Part shown: piece after piece, positions 10,015 through 18,226 of the stretch
Numbering within the stretch: position 1 is the first letter of the stretch
How the letters are laid out: every line of letters starts with the position of its first letter
Assembly: GCA_046350795.1 (NCBI GenBank)
Contig: JAXLZT010000002.1
Span: 24,293-88,292 of the forward strand
Direction of reading: 5' to 3'
Length of the DNA stretch: 64,000 bases
Source of the DNA: Minisyncoccota bacterium
Lineage (GTDB): Bacteria; Patescibacteriota; Minisyncoccia; Phycocordibacterales; CALRHW01
Position numbers and translations under genes: made by a program
The notes under the pieces: generated by a model
What the model was told of the DNA's origin: nothing
Databases searched by the model: none
What the model saw: the letters and a program-made list of their open reading frames with translations, nothing else

Positions 10015-10536
10015 ATGCACCTTGCATTTACAGGCAATGGAAAAGGAAAAACAACAGCAGCCATCGGCAACGCAATCAGAGTTATTGGAGCTGATAAACG
10101 CGCTCTCATGGTTCAGTTCATTAAGGGACCCTGGATATCTGGAGAGGATAAGTGTGCAGAGCGACTGGGACCGGATTTTAGAATTGTGAAAACAGGCAAA
10201 GGGTTCGTCGGTATTCTTGGAGACACGCTTCCGATCGAAGAACACCGAAATGCTGCCGAAGAAGGACTACGGATTGCAAAGAAAGAGATCGCCAGTGGCA
10301 AGTGGCATCTCTTAATTCTCGACGAAGTTCACAATGCCATCTCACTTGGCCTGCTTTCAGAGACGGTCGTCAGTACGTTTTTGGATTATGCAAAGAGTAA
10401 GGTTGAACACATCATCACGACTGGCCGCGATGCACCAAAACAAATCATCGAACATGCCGATCTGGTAACGGAGATGAAAGAAATCAAGCATCCGTATCAG
10501 ACGGGGCGGTTCGCAGAGAAAGGGTTAGATTTTTAA
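10015..10536 (+). CDS. btuR: Cob(I)alamin adenosyltransferase, BtuR/CobO/CobA family
   Basis: TGNGKGKTTAA, QFIKG, LDE, TGR, ADLVTEMKEIKHP. Confidence 0.93.
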   Translation: MHLAFTGNGKGKTTAAIGNAIRVIGADKRALMVQFIKGPWISGEDKCAERLGPDFRIVKTGKGFVGILGDTLPIEEHRNAAEEGLRIAKKEIASGKWHLLILDEVHNAISLGLLSETVVSTFLDYAKSKVEHIITTGRDAPKQIIEHADLVTEMKEIKHPYQTGRFAEKGLDF

Positions 10537-10540
10537 CAGC

Positions 10541-10655
10541 ATATTGTCCCGATCGGGGAAGCAGGGTGTAATTCCCTCACAGTGCCGCTACGGTGAAAGT
10601 CCGAATGCCGATCAGGATATAATCCCGAGCAGGAAGACGCGCATATATGCGACGG
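10541..10655 (+). ncRNA. Cobalamin riboswitch aptamer (compact form)
   Basis: GGGGAA-gcagGGTGtAATTCCc T-loop hairpin, cagtgccgctaCGGTGA, B12-box-like AAGTCCGAAtgCC; closing stem tgtcccgatcgg/ccgatcaggata; B12 gene context. Confidence 0.88.
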
Positions 10656-10656
10656 C

Positions 10657-10685
10657 AATACTCCTCTCGGCAGAGGAGTATTTTT
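10657..10685 (+). terminator. Riboswitch expression platform: intrinsic terminator abutting the ATG
   Basis: aatactcctct-cggc-agaggagtatt followed by a T tract and the ATG at 10686. Confidence 0.8.
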
Positions 10686-11159
10686 ATGACTAACAATAAA
10701 AAGATATATAGTGGGTTCATTGTTCTGGCGATACTTATTTTCGCCATTCTGTACTTTGGAGCACATAGAACAGAAGCCCCGTCGGTTTCAGTACCGGCAG
10801 TTTCAGAACAGGTACAAAGTCCTGTTCCCGAACAAGCGGTTCCTCCGGCCAAGAACGAACCTGTTTCTGCGCCGGAAGTTTCGAGCGCATTCAATGTTAC
10901 GGCTGGCACGGCAACACTTTCTCTTTCAACAACCGGCGGATCGTTTCTTTCTATTCTTTCTGCGGCAAAGGAGCGCGGAGAGTTGGCTTTTTCCGGCAAG
11001 GATTATCCTGGACTCGGATTTTTTGTAACGGAGATCGGCTCTTTGAAAGAAGGAAATGGCAAGCATCTCATGTACTACATTAACGGCACAGAGGCGTCAG
11101 TCGGCGTTTCTCTCTATGTTCCAAAAGCTGGCGATACCGTCGTCTGGGAACTCAAATAA
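10686..11159 (+). CDS. Membrane-anchored DUF4430/transcobalamin beta-domain-like protein
   Basis: N-terminal TM helix, Pro-rich linker, GLGFFVTEIG...YYING...VG...GDTVVW; lies under the B12 riboswitch. Start moved to the ATG at 10686. Confidence 0.8.
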   Translation: MTNNKKIYSGFIVLAILIFAILYFGAHRTEAPSVSVPAVSEQVQSPVPEQAVPPAKNEPVSAPEVSSAFNVTAGTATLSLSTTGGSFLSILSAAKERGELAFSGKDYPGLGFFVTEIGSLKEGNGKHLMYYINGTEASVGVSLYVPKAGDTVVWELK

Positions 11160-11161
11160 GT

Positions 11162-13117
11162 ATGAAAAAACTTCTTGCAGTATTGTTTCTTTTTTGCGCC
11201 GTTAGCTTCGGAGTTCGTGCTTATGCCGACGATGTTCCTCTGGACACTCCAGTAGATCCTGCTCCTATTGTGGATGAGACACCGCCAGCCGAAGATCCTC
11301 TCCCGCTTCCGACTGCGACACTCATTATCCGCTCGGGAGACACGGTGCTCTACAGTGGCAGTGTTTCCATTCCTGAAGAGAGTTCCGTAGAGATTGCCGA
11401 TAGTACCGGCGCTCTGCATTCTGTTTCCGCGCGGAGCGTACTTGCACTTCTTACGGCGCTTGATGCTTCCAATGATGACTTTGCCATAACCAATCTCACA
11501 TACTATCCTTCGTTTTCTTCTTTCTATCTCAAATGTCTAACACCGAGCGGAGAAATTGAACAATGCGATAACTGGCAGTATGCTGTCGGCAGTACGACCC
11601 CGTCTAGCAGTATTGATACCACTATTCTTTCTGGCGGCGAAACGGTGGGACTATACTTCGGTTCTCCGCACCGAGTTTCTTTGAGTGCGACTTCTGTTAC
11701 AAAAGGCGATGCGTTTATCGCCACCGCGCAGTCCTACAATTATGCGGACAACACCTGGAATGCGCTCTCTGGCGTTACAATCGGAGCAACTGTGCCAAAT
11801 CCAGCCGATCCCTGGACTCCGATAGTGGTAACAACACAAGCAGTAGACGCAGATGGTAAAGCGACGATCACGCTTTCGGATGCCGGAAGTTACTCGGTCG
11901 GCATCGCGGAGGATTTCTACTTTCCTTCGTATGCGCTCTCGGTTACTGAACCGGCTCCTGTCGGCGGCGGTGGAGGTAGCATACCAATCCCAACATTCAG
12001 CGTTGATCGCGCACTTTCATATCTCTACTCGGTCCAGAATGCAGACGGATCTTTTGGAAGTGATCTCTATACTGATTGGGCAGGTATTGCGTATGCGGCA
12101 AGCGGCGCATCACAAAATGCAAAAACTTCACTCATTGGATACCTTTCTTCTCACTCGCAAATAAGCTCTTTGCTTACAGATAATGAACGTAGAGCGGTAG
12201 CACTGCTTTCACTGGAGCAAAATCCATACACGTTTAGCGGGACTAATTATATCTCTCCGATAGTTTCTTCTTTCGATGGGACACAGTTCGGCGATCCGTC
12301 GCTTGTAAACGACGACATCTTTGCACTCTTGCCACTCTCTGCTTCTGGCTATTCCGCGAGCGACGACATGATTGCAAAAGACATTCAGTTTCTGGTAAGC
12401 AAACAGCGACCAGACGGATCATGGGAAGGCAGTGTTGATCTTACTGCATCTGTCATACAAGCACTCCAAGCATTCAACGCCGCACCTGACTCTGTCGCAA
12501 AGGCGATCGCATATTTGCAAACAAATCAGCAGAATGACGGCGGGTTTGGATCAGTGTATTCGACGAGCTGGGCAATGCAGGCCGGAGCGACATGGAGCAA
12601 GAACGGAAAAGCGGGAGCTGATTATCTCGCCTCATCGCAAGCGCCAGACGGTGCGGCCATTCCTGGGAGCGAAAGTACGAACAATCGAGTATGGGCGACG
12701 AGCTATGCCATCCCCGCAGTGCTCGGAAAATCTTGGAGCACTATCATGCATCCAGTTCCAAAGCCACAGGTTGTGTCAACCGGATCTTCTTCTGCCACAC
12801 AGACCGAAACAGCAAAGACGCCGGAAGTAATTATCCAAAAGACAGAGGAATCTAAACCCGAGGAACTGCCCGTAGAAGTAGCGCCAAAGGTAGCGGAAAC
12901 TCAGATCACTCTTACTCATACTGAAAAACCTAAAATAACGCCTCAAGTTGAAAACAATATGGAAGAAATTAAGACCGAGAAACCAGTAGAGTCGACTTCT
13001 CTTGCAGCCGCCGCAGGAGAAAGCAAGACCGACATACCAACTCCGGTAGTTGCCGTATCGCTCGCCGGAATTGGGGTCCTGGCGCTTATTGCGCGGAAGA
13101 TCTTTTTGAAGTTCTAA
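11162..13117 (+). CDS. Exported protein with a DUF4430-like domain and prenyltransferase/squalene-oxidase (alpha/alpha toroid) repeats, C-terminal membrane anchor
   Basis: Signal peptide; WQYAVG; QNADGSFG, QRPDGSW and QQNDGGFG repeats; ATSYAIPA; C-terminal hydrophobic helix followed by basic residues. Confidence 0.75.
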   Translation: MKKLLAVLFLFCAVSFGVRAYADDVPLDTPVDPAPIVDETPPAEDPLPLPTATLIIRSGDTVLYSGSVSIPEESSVEIADSTGALHSVSARSVLALLTALDASNDDFAITNLTYYPSFSSFYLKCLTPSGEIEQCDNWQYAVGSTTPSSSIDTTILSGGETVGLYFGSPHRVSLSATSVTKGDAFIATAQSYNYADNTWNALSGVTIGATVPNPADPWTPIVVTTQAVDADGKATITLSDAGSYSVGIAEDFYFPSYALSVTEPAPVGGGGGSIPIPTFSVDRALSYLYSVQNADGSFGSDLYTDWAGIAYAASGASQNAKTSLIGYLSSHSQISSLLTDNERRAVALLSLEQNPYTFSGTNYISPIVSSFDGTQFGDPSLVNDDIFALLPLSASGYSASDDMIAKDIQFLVSKQRPDGSWEGSVDLTASVIQALQAFNAAPDSVAKAIAYLQTNQQNDGGFGSVYSTSWAMQAGATWSKNGKAGADYLASSQAPDGAAIPGSESTNNRVWATSYAIPAVLGKSWSTIMHPVPKPQVVSTGSSSATQTETAKTPEVIIQKTEESKPEELPVEVAPKVAETQITLTHTEKPKITPQVENNMEEIKTEKPVESTSLAAAAGESKTDIPTPVVAVSLAGIGVLALIARKIFLKF

Positions 13118-13127
13118 TCGGTAAAGA

Positions 13128-13166
13128 TTGCTTTTTTTGCCGCATTGTTGCATACTTTTGAAACTA
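13128..13166 (+). promoter_or_regulatory. Promoter TTGCTT-N17-CATACT overlapped by operator TTGTTGCATACTTTTGAAACTA
   Basis: The operator covers the -10 box and resembles 7115-7136. Confidence 0.6.
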
Positions 13167-13168
13167 GT

Positions 13169-13492
13169 ATGCCTACGAAAAAATCATCAAAGAAAATAAA
13201 ACAGCCTCTCCCACGAACTGCGTACCGACGCAACGCCGAAACCTATAAGATCCTCGCTAATCCGAAGCGCCTTGAGATCCTGAACCTTCTCCGTGAGCAG
13301 GAAATGTCAGTAGAAGAACTGGTAAAAACCCTCGGCATATCAAAGGCCAATGTTTCCCAGCATTTGGCGCTCCTTCGCCATGCTGATCTCGTGACAGTCC
13401 GCCGCGAGGGACTCAACGGGTACTACAACATCATCGATCCTCGCATCGTAGAGCCATGCCGCATTCTCCATCAGCTTGCTTTGGCTCGATAA
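13169..13492 (+). CDS. ArsR/SmtB family transcriptional regulator
   Basis: KILANPKRLEILNLL, SKANVSQHLALLR; C-terminal Cys. Start taken at the ATG at 13169. Confidence 0.92.
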   Translation: MPTKKSSKKIKQPLPRTAYRRNAETYKILANPKRLEILNLLREQEMSVEELVKTLGISKANVSQHLALLRHADLVTVRREGLNGYYNIIDPRIVEPCRILHQLALAR

Positions 13493-13579
13493 AGGCGAAA
13501 ACCCTTGTATTTATTAGCCAACTGCCTGCCAATTAGCCACAAACGCGAACCGATTTAGGTCCGAAATGATCATTAGTGC

Positions 13580-13620
13580 GGTTCTGACTTCATCTAAGCC
13601 CCGCAGCCAATTTGAGCTAG
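13580..13620. mobile_element. Candidate att scar / island boundary
   Basis: The + strand gccccgcagCCA resembles a tRNA 3' end; the - strand reads SSNWLRGLDEVRT, like large serine recombinase C-termini; GC appears to fall downstream. Confidence 0.45.
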
Positions 13621-13695
13621 GACGAGATGCGTATGGATCTCATGCGCTCGAAGTGCATCGTTTAGCAAATTTTGTAGAAGCGATACAATACAACT

Positions 13696-14073
13696 ATGTT
13701 GCATCAGATGAAATTACAACCAAATCCGTTTGAGAAAATAAAGAATGGAAGCAAGACTTTAGAGCTTCGTCTCAACGACGAGAAGCGGCAACTCATTAAG
13801 GTTGGCGACGAGATTGAATTTTCTCTTGCGACGGAACCTGAACAGAAGATGCTTGCAGTCGTCGAAGACTTGTATCATTTCCCGACATTCAAGGATCTCT
13901 GTTATTCATTTGAGCCTGCTGAGTATGGCAGTCTTGATAAGGAAGAGTATGTAGAGATGTATAAGTATTACTCAAAGGAAGATGAGACAAAGTACGGAGT
14001 CTTGGGTATACGCGTAAGGCCTCACAACGGTCCAGTAATTAAGATTTCCCACTACCGAGTTCCAACAAAATAA
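13696..14073 (+). CDS. ASCH domain protein
   Basis: FEKIKNGSKTLELRLND...GDEIEF...GVLGI. Confidence 0.85.
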   Translation: MLHQMKLQPNPFEKIKNGSKTLELRLNDEKRQLIKVGDEIEFSLATEPEQKMLAVVEDLYHFPTFKDLCYSFEPAEYGSLDKEEYVEMYKYYSKEDETKYGVLGIRVRPHNGPVIKISHYRVPTK

Positions 14074-14171
14074 GGTTCTTGCTCTAAGCGGCCAGCCAGG
14101 TTGAGATAGATTCGGAGTCCGAGGGGTATCATATTTTTCTCTAATAATGAAGTTTCTGATATAATCTAAAA

Positions 14172-14807
14172 ATGACAATATTCCTCGCACAATTTCTAAC
14201 AGTGGCTCTGGTACACTTCCTCGCTGTTGTAAGTCCAGGTCCTGACTTTGCGATGGTCACTCGAAATAGCATCATCTACTCTCGAAAAACGGGAATCTAT
14301 ACCTCGATAGGAATTGCGGTAGGAATTCTCGTCCATGTTGCATACTCGCTTTTGGGAATTGGTTTCATAATTGCTAAATCAATTGTTCTCTTCAACATCA
14401 TTAAATTCATAGGAGCTGGATACCTTATTTATATCGGTTATAAATCTTTTCGTGCAAAACCTTTTGTCCAGACAGAAAAAGATGTAAATGTTAAAAACAA
14501 AGATATGCGTCCCTGGGCATCATTCAAGATTGGATTTCTTACCAATGCACTCAATCCTAAGGCGACTCTTTTCTTTCTAGCGTTGTTCACCCAAGTCATT
14601 GATCCTGCTACTCCCAAAACTATTCAGCTTGCCTATGGCATTGAGATGATGGTGATCACATTCGTCTGGTTCGCTCTAGTGTCACTCTTTTTCTCAAACT
14701 CACTTATTAGAAGTAGGATTGGCAAAGTGCAACATTATGTCGAAAGAGTTACGGGAGTAGTGCTTATTACGCTTGGTATTAAGGTGGCATTAGCTAGTCA
14801 TAAATAA
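14172..14807 (+). CDS. LysE/RhtB family exporter
   Basis: SPGPDF, GAGYLIYIG, GFLTNALNPKA. Confidence 0.92.
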   Translation: MTIFLAQFLTVALVHFLAVVSPGPDFAMVTRNSIIYSRKTGIYTSIGIAVGILVHVAYSLLGIGFIIAKSIVLFNIIKFIGAGYLIYIGYKSFRAKPFVQTEKDVNVKNKDMRPWASFKIGFLTNALNPKATLFFLALFTQVIDPATPKTIQLAYGIEMMVITFVWFALVSLFFSNSLIRSRIGKVQHYVERVTGVVLITLGIKVALASHK

Positions 14808-14928
14808 CATGACATTTTGCGTGAATAAGTTCTAACGCCATTATGTGTGGCCGTTTAAAATAGTGGGGGAATTGGACGCTCGAACTTCTCTACTCATTTA
14901 CCTCACATTATTGTAGAGTAATAATAAT

Positions 14929-15507
14929 ATGAAAAAAGTATTTATTGTGCATGGTTGGGGTGGTATCCAGGAAGGAGGGTGGTTTCCGTGGTTAAAGAAA
15001 GAGCTTGAAGCAAAAGGTTTTGCTGTTTTCATTCCTCAACTTCCCGATGCTGAAAATCCAAGAATTGAAAAGTGGGTGCCAGTATTGGCTAGCGTTGTCG
15101 GTGACCCAGATGAAGAATGTTATTTTGTTGGACATAGCATGGGTTGTCAGACTATCGCTCGATACCTCGAATCATTAAAAGATGGTGTAAAGGTTGGTGG
15201 TGTGGTTTTTGTCGCTGGTTTTTTCAAACGCCTTACTAACCTTGAAGAAGACGATGCTGTAAAGGAAACGGCAAGATTGTGGCTTGAGGCACCAATTGAT
15301 TTACAAAAAGTGAAGAGTCACATACTTAACAGTGTGGCAATATTTTCAGACAATGACACATATGTTCCTTTGGACAATCAGGATGATTTCCGAGATAGAC
15401 TTGATTCAGAAATTGTTATCGAGCACGATCTCGGTCATTTTAGTGGCAGTAATGGCGTCGCAGAATTACCGATAGTGCTTACAAAAATTATTGAGTTTGC
15501 AAAGTAG
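14929..15507 (+). CDS. RBBP9/YdeN family alpha/beta hydrolase
   Basis: IVHGWGG, WFPWL, GHSMG, SDNDTYVP, GHF. Confidence 0.9.
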   Translation: MKKVFIVHGWGGIQEGGWFPWLKKELEAKGFAVFIPQLPDAENPRIEKWVPVLASVVGDPDEECYFVGHSMGCQTIARYLESLKDGVKVGGVVFVAGFFKRLTNLEEDDAVKETARLWLEAPIDLQKVKSHILNSVAIFSDNDTYVPLDNQDDFRDRLDSEIVIEHDLGHFSGSNGVAELPIVLTKIIEFAK

Positions 15508-15592
15508 GTTCTAACGGCATTATCGCCCTGTCTTTTATTAGCGCCAAACCGTAAATGAAAGAGTTTCTTTTAAAGGGTATATAATATAAAAC

Positions 15593-16198
15593 ATGTCATT
15601 ATCAAAATCACAACTAGGCGTCCTTGCGTTTAGTCTACTTTATATACTCATCGGTGGTTTTTATTTTCTGCGAGATTTAAATTTCGAATTTGTCATATAC
15701 GTTGGAGTGATCATTGCTGTATTTGCTCTACTTTTTGGTACGCTGAGAAAGACACATTTTCCGACATACATTTTATGGCTCATTTCTATCTGGGGACTGC
15801 TTCACATTCTTGGTGGATCTGTGCAGACACCGGATGGAGTTTTATTTGCTTACCGTATTTTTCCTTTCATTGATCTTGGTGGTGATTTTTATATTCTAAA
15901 ATACGACCAGCTGGTACATATGTATTTGTACGGAGTGATGTCGCTTGTATTTTTGCATTTGATACGCTCAACATTGCGTGCTAGCGGACCCGCATGGATT
16001 ATTTTTCTCATCGCTATCATGGCTTCGATGGGAGTGAGCGCTCTCAATGAGATCATGGAGTTTTTTATCGCTGTTACTCTAGAGCGAAACGGTGTGGGTG
16101 GATATGAAAATGCTATGCTCGACCTCGTATTCAATTTTGCTGGCGCTATTATCGCGCCGATTGCGTTGTTTTTGAAGAGAGAGGTTAAGACACATTAA
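15593..16198 (+). CDS. DUF2238/YjdF-like membrane protein
   Basis: Multi-TM with LHILGG, YDQLVH, NEIMEF, DL. Confidence 0.7.
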   Translation: MSLSKSQLGVLAFSLLYILIGGFYFLRDLNFEFVIYVGVIIAVFALLFGTLRKTHFPTYILWLISIWGLLHILGGSVQTPDGVLFAYRIFPFIDLGGDFYILKYDQLVHMYLYGVMSLVFLHLIRSTLRASGPAWIIFLIAIMASMGVSALNEIMEFFIAVTLERNGVGGYENAMLDLVFNFAGAIIAPIALFLKREVKTH

Positions 16199-16214
16199 TT
16201 GGTATAATGTGTAC

Positions 16215-17465
16215 ATGGAAATCTTAAAGCCCCAAACTCTAGAAGACCTAAACAAGATTTTATGCGGAAACAGGCTGTATGCTAATGGAAAAAATAAGAA
16301 GGTTGATCATTTTTATGAAACTGTTGCTAATTCAAAATGGAGCCTAGAAAATTTGTGGGGCATCTATTTGGCTAAACCAGAGTATGTCTGGATGGCGCTG
16401 TGGATGGCGGTAACTTCCAGAGAAAAGCTTAAGAAAAGACAAATAAGATATATTTTACCCAAAGAAGGTGATTGTATTGGTAGTGTGGAGATTTACAATC
16501 CAGATAAATTAAATCTGGATGATATTTTTTCCAAAGAAGCGTATTTATATCTTTTCGAATTGGATAAATACCAAGATGTTGAAATTGTAGATTTATATAA
16601 AGATCCCAATCTTATAGATGATTTCTTTAGTGTAGAAAAGGTAGAAAAAAGAGGTGTGGTGCAAGATTGTTTTGTGCCAAAATTTAAAAATAAGGCGGTG
16701 ATTGTTTTTGATAGCTGGCAAGTTGCTCTCACTAATTTTGAAAAAATAATTCCAGACAAGGAGATTGTTTTAACAGATAATCTTATAAAAGAATTGTCTA
16801 ACAGGGTAACTTTTGTAGACACAGAAATTGGAAAAAACTATATTAAACCATTCCAGATTAAAAGAGTTCTTTTTGATCTGGATGGCACACTATGGGATAC
16901 TCAGAAATTTCATGCTTCGGCAGAAATTGAACTTATGCGAGAGCATGGTGTATCAGTCTCCGATGAAGAAATAAGTGCCAAATATGCTGGAAGACCAACT
17001 GAAAAAGTATTTATGGAAGTACTTGGGTGCGATGAGGCCATGGCTTTATCTTTATCGAAACGCAAATGGGATAAGATTTTTCCTCTGGCTACTCACGCCA
17101 AAGAACTCTGTCAAATTCGCGATTTATTTTTAGCTCTTAAACAACGAGGCATCGCTATCTCTATAGGCACAGCATCGCCAGCACGGTGGGCTAAAGATCT
17201 CTTACAAACTCATATTTTAGAGGGGTTAATAGAAGAAACAGATATCATTGGTGGTGATATGGTGGAGAGTGGAAAACCTAGCCCAGACATATGGCTTCGG
17301 GCAGCAAAAAACACTCCTCTTGTTAATTGTTTGGTTGTTGAGGATGGTCTGGCAGGAATCGAAGCAGCTGTTACGGCGGGGATACCTTGTGCGCTTATAC
17401 TTCCTAAGAAGCACCCAAAAGCATTTCAGATTTTTTCAGCGAGTGATATTCTTGATTTTATTTAG
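16215..17465 (+). CDS. HAD-superfamily phosphatase fused to an unrecognised ~210-aa N-terminal domain
   Basis: FDLDGTLWDT, KPSPDIW, VVEDGLAGIEAA in the C-terminal half. ATG 16215 lies 6 nt after TATAAT. Confidence 0.8.
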   Translation: MEILKPQTLEDLNKILCGNRLYANGKNKKVDHFYETVANSKWSLENLWGIYLAKPEYVWMALWMAVTSREKLKKRQIRYILPKEGDCIGSVEIYNPDKLNLDDIFSKEAYLYLFELDKYQDVEIVDLYKDPNLIDDFFSVEKVEKRGVVQDCFVPKFKNKAVIVFDSWQVALTNFEKIIPDKEIVLTDNLIKELSNRVTFVDTEIGKNYIKPFQIKRVLFDLDGTLWDTQKFHASAEIELMREHGVSVSDEEISAKYAGRPTEKVFMEVLGCDEAMALSLSKRKWDKIFPLATHAKELCQIRDLFLALKQRGIAISIGTASPARWAKDLLQTHILEGLIEETDIIGGDMVESGKPSPDIWLRAAKNTPLVNCLVVEDGLAGIEAAVTAGIPCALILPKKHPKAFQIFSASDILDFI

Positions 17466-17589
17466 ATAAAAGACTTGCAGTGTTAATTTGTACAAGAAGC
17501 AAAAGGAGTAAATAGTCCATTAAGAGTGAGATCTACAGATTATATAATCTTTTCATCTCTTTTAAAAAACAAAGTAAAATAAGTACATA

Positions 17590-18141
17590 ATGAAATACTA
17601 TGTCGTTTTAATACGAGGCATCAATGTCGGAGGTAAGAACAAGATACCGATGTCGAAGTTGAAGATATGTCTGGAGGATATAGGTTTTTCAAATGTCACA
17701 ACATATATTGCGAGCGGTAATGTCATCGTCGGCTCAAACAAAAAAGCCGATCAGATAAAAAGATTGATTGAAAAATCACTACCTAAATATTTCAAACTAG
17801 ACAGCAATATTCTCAAGGTTTTGGTACTGACAAAAAGCCAGATACAAGCAGTCGTTTCTCATAAGCCAAAGGGTTTTGGAGATGAACCAAAGAAATATCA
17901 CAGCGATGTCATTTTTCTTATGGAAATTACAGCAACTAAAGCTATAAAAGTATTTACTCCTAAAGAAGGTGTCGATAAAATTTGGAAAGGCAGAGGTGTT
18001 GTCTATTCGCAAAGACTAAGCGCACTCCGTACCAAAAGTCGACTAAATCGGATTATGATGGCTCCGGAGTATAAAAGCATGACTATTCGTAACTGGAATA
18101 CGACCACTAAACTTGCTCAGTTGATGGGAGATAAGAGTTAA
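17590..18141 (+). CDS. DUF1697 family protein
   Basis: LIRGINVGGKNKIPM, TYIASGN, TIRNWNT. Confidence 0.9.
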   Translation: MKYYVVLIRGINVGGKNKIPMSKLKICLEDIGFSNVTTYIASGNVIVGSNKKADQIKRLIEKSLPKYFKLDSNILKVLVLTKSQIQAVVSHKPKGFGDEPKKYHSDVIFLMEITATKAIKVFTPKEGVDKIWKGRGVVYSQRLSALRTKSRLNRIMMAPEYKSMTIRNWNTTTKLAQLMGDKS

Positions 18142-18226
18142 TAAATATTACTCCAATACTACGTGAGGGGTGATGATTTTGGTATGGGTTAGAATAAATA
18201 ATTTTGCTATAATCAACCCATAAACT

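Noticed and set aside
5040-13153. Many 60-200 aa overlapping or antisense ORFs within res, nirK, nrdJ and the B12-binding genes
   Set aside because: Shadows of well-supported genes in GC-richer DNA; no motifs.
13560-13625. tRNA gene
   Set aside because: Only a 3'-end-like fragment; no cloverleaf or T-loop consensus.
14829-15524. Integron attC sites (TCTAAC motifs)
   Set aside because: No matching GTTRRRY core or attC-length palindrome downstream and no intI in the window; reported instead as att-like scars.
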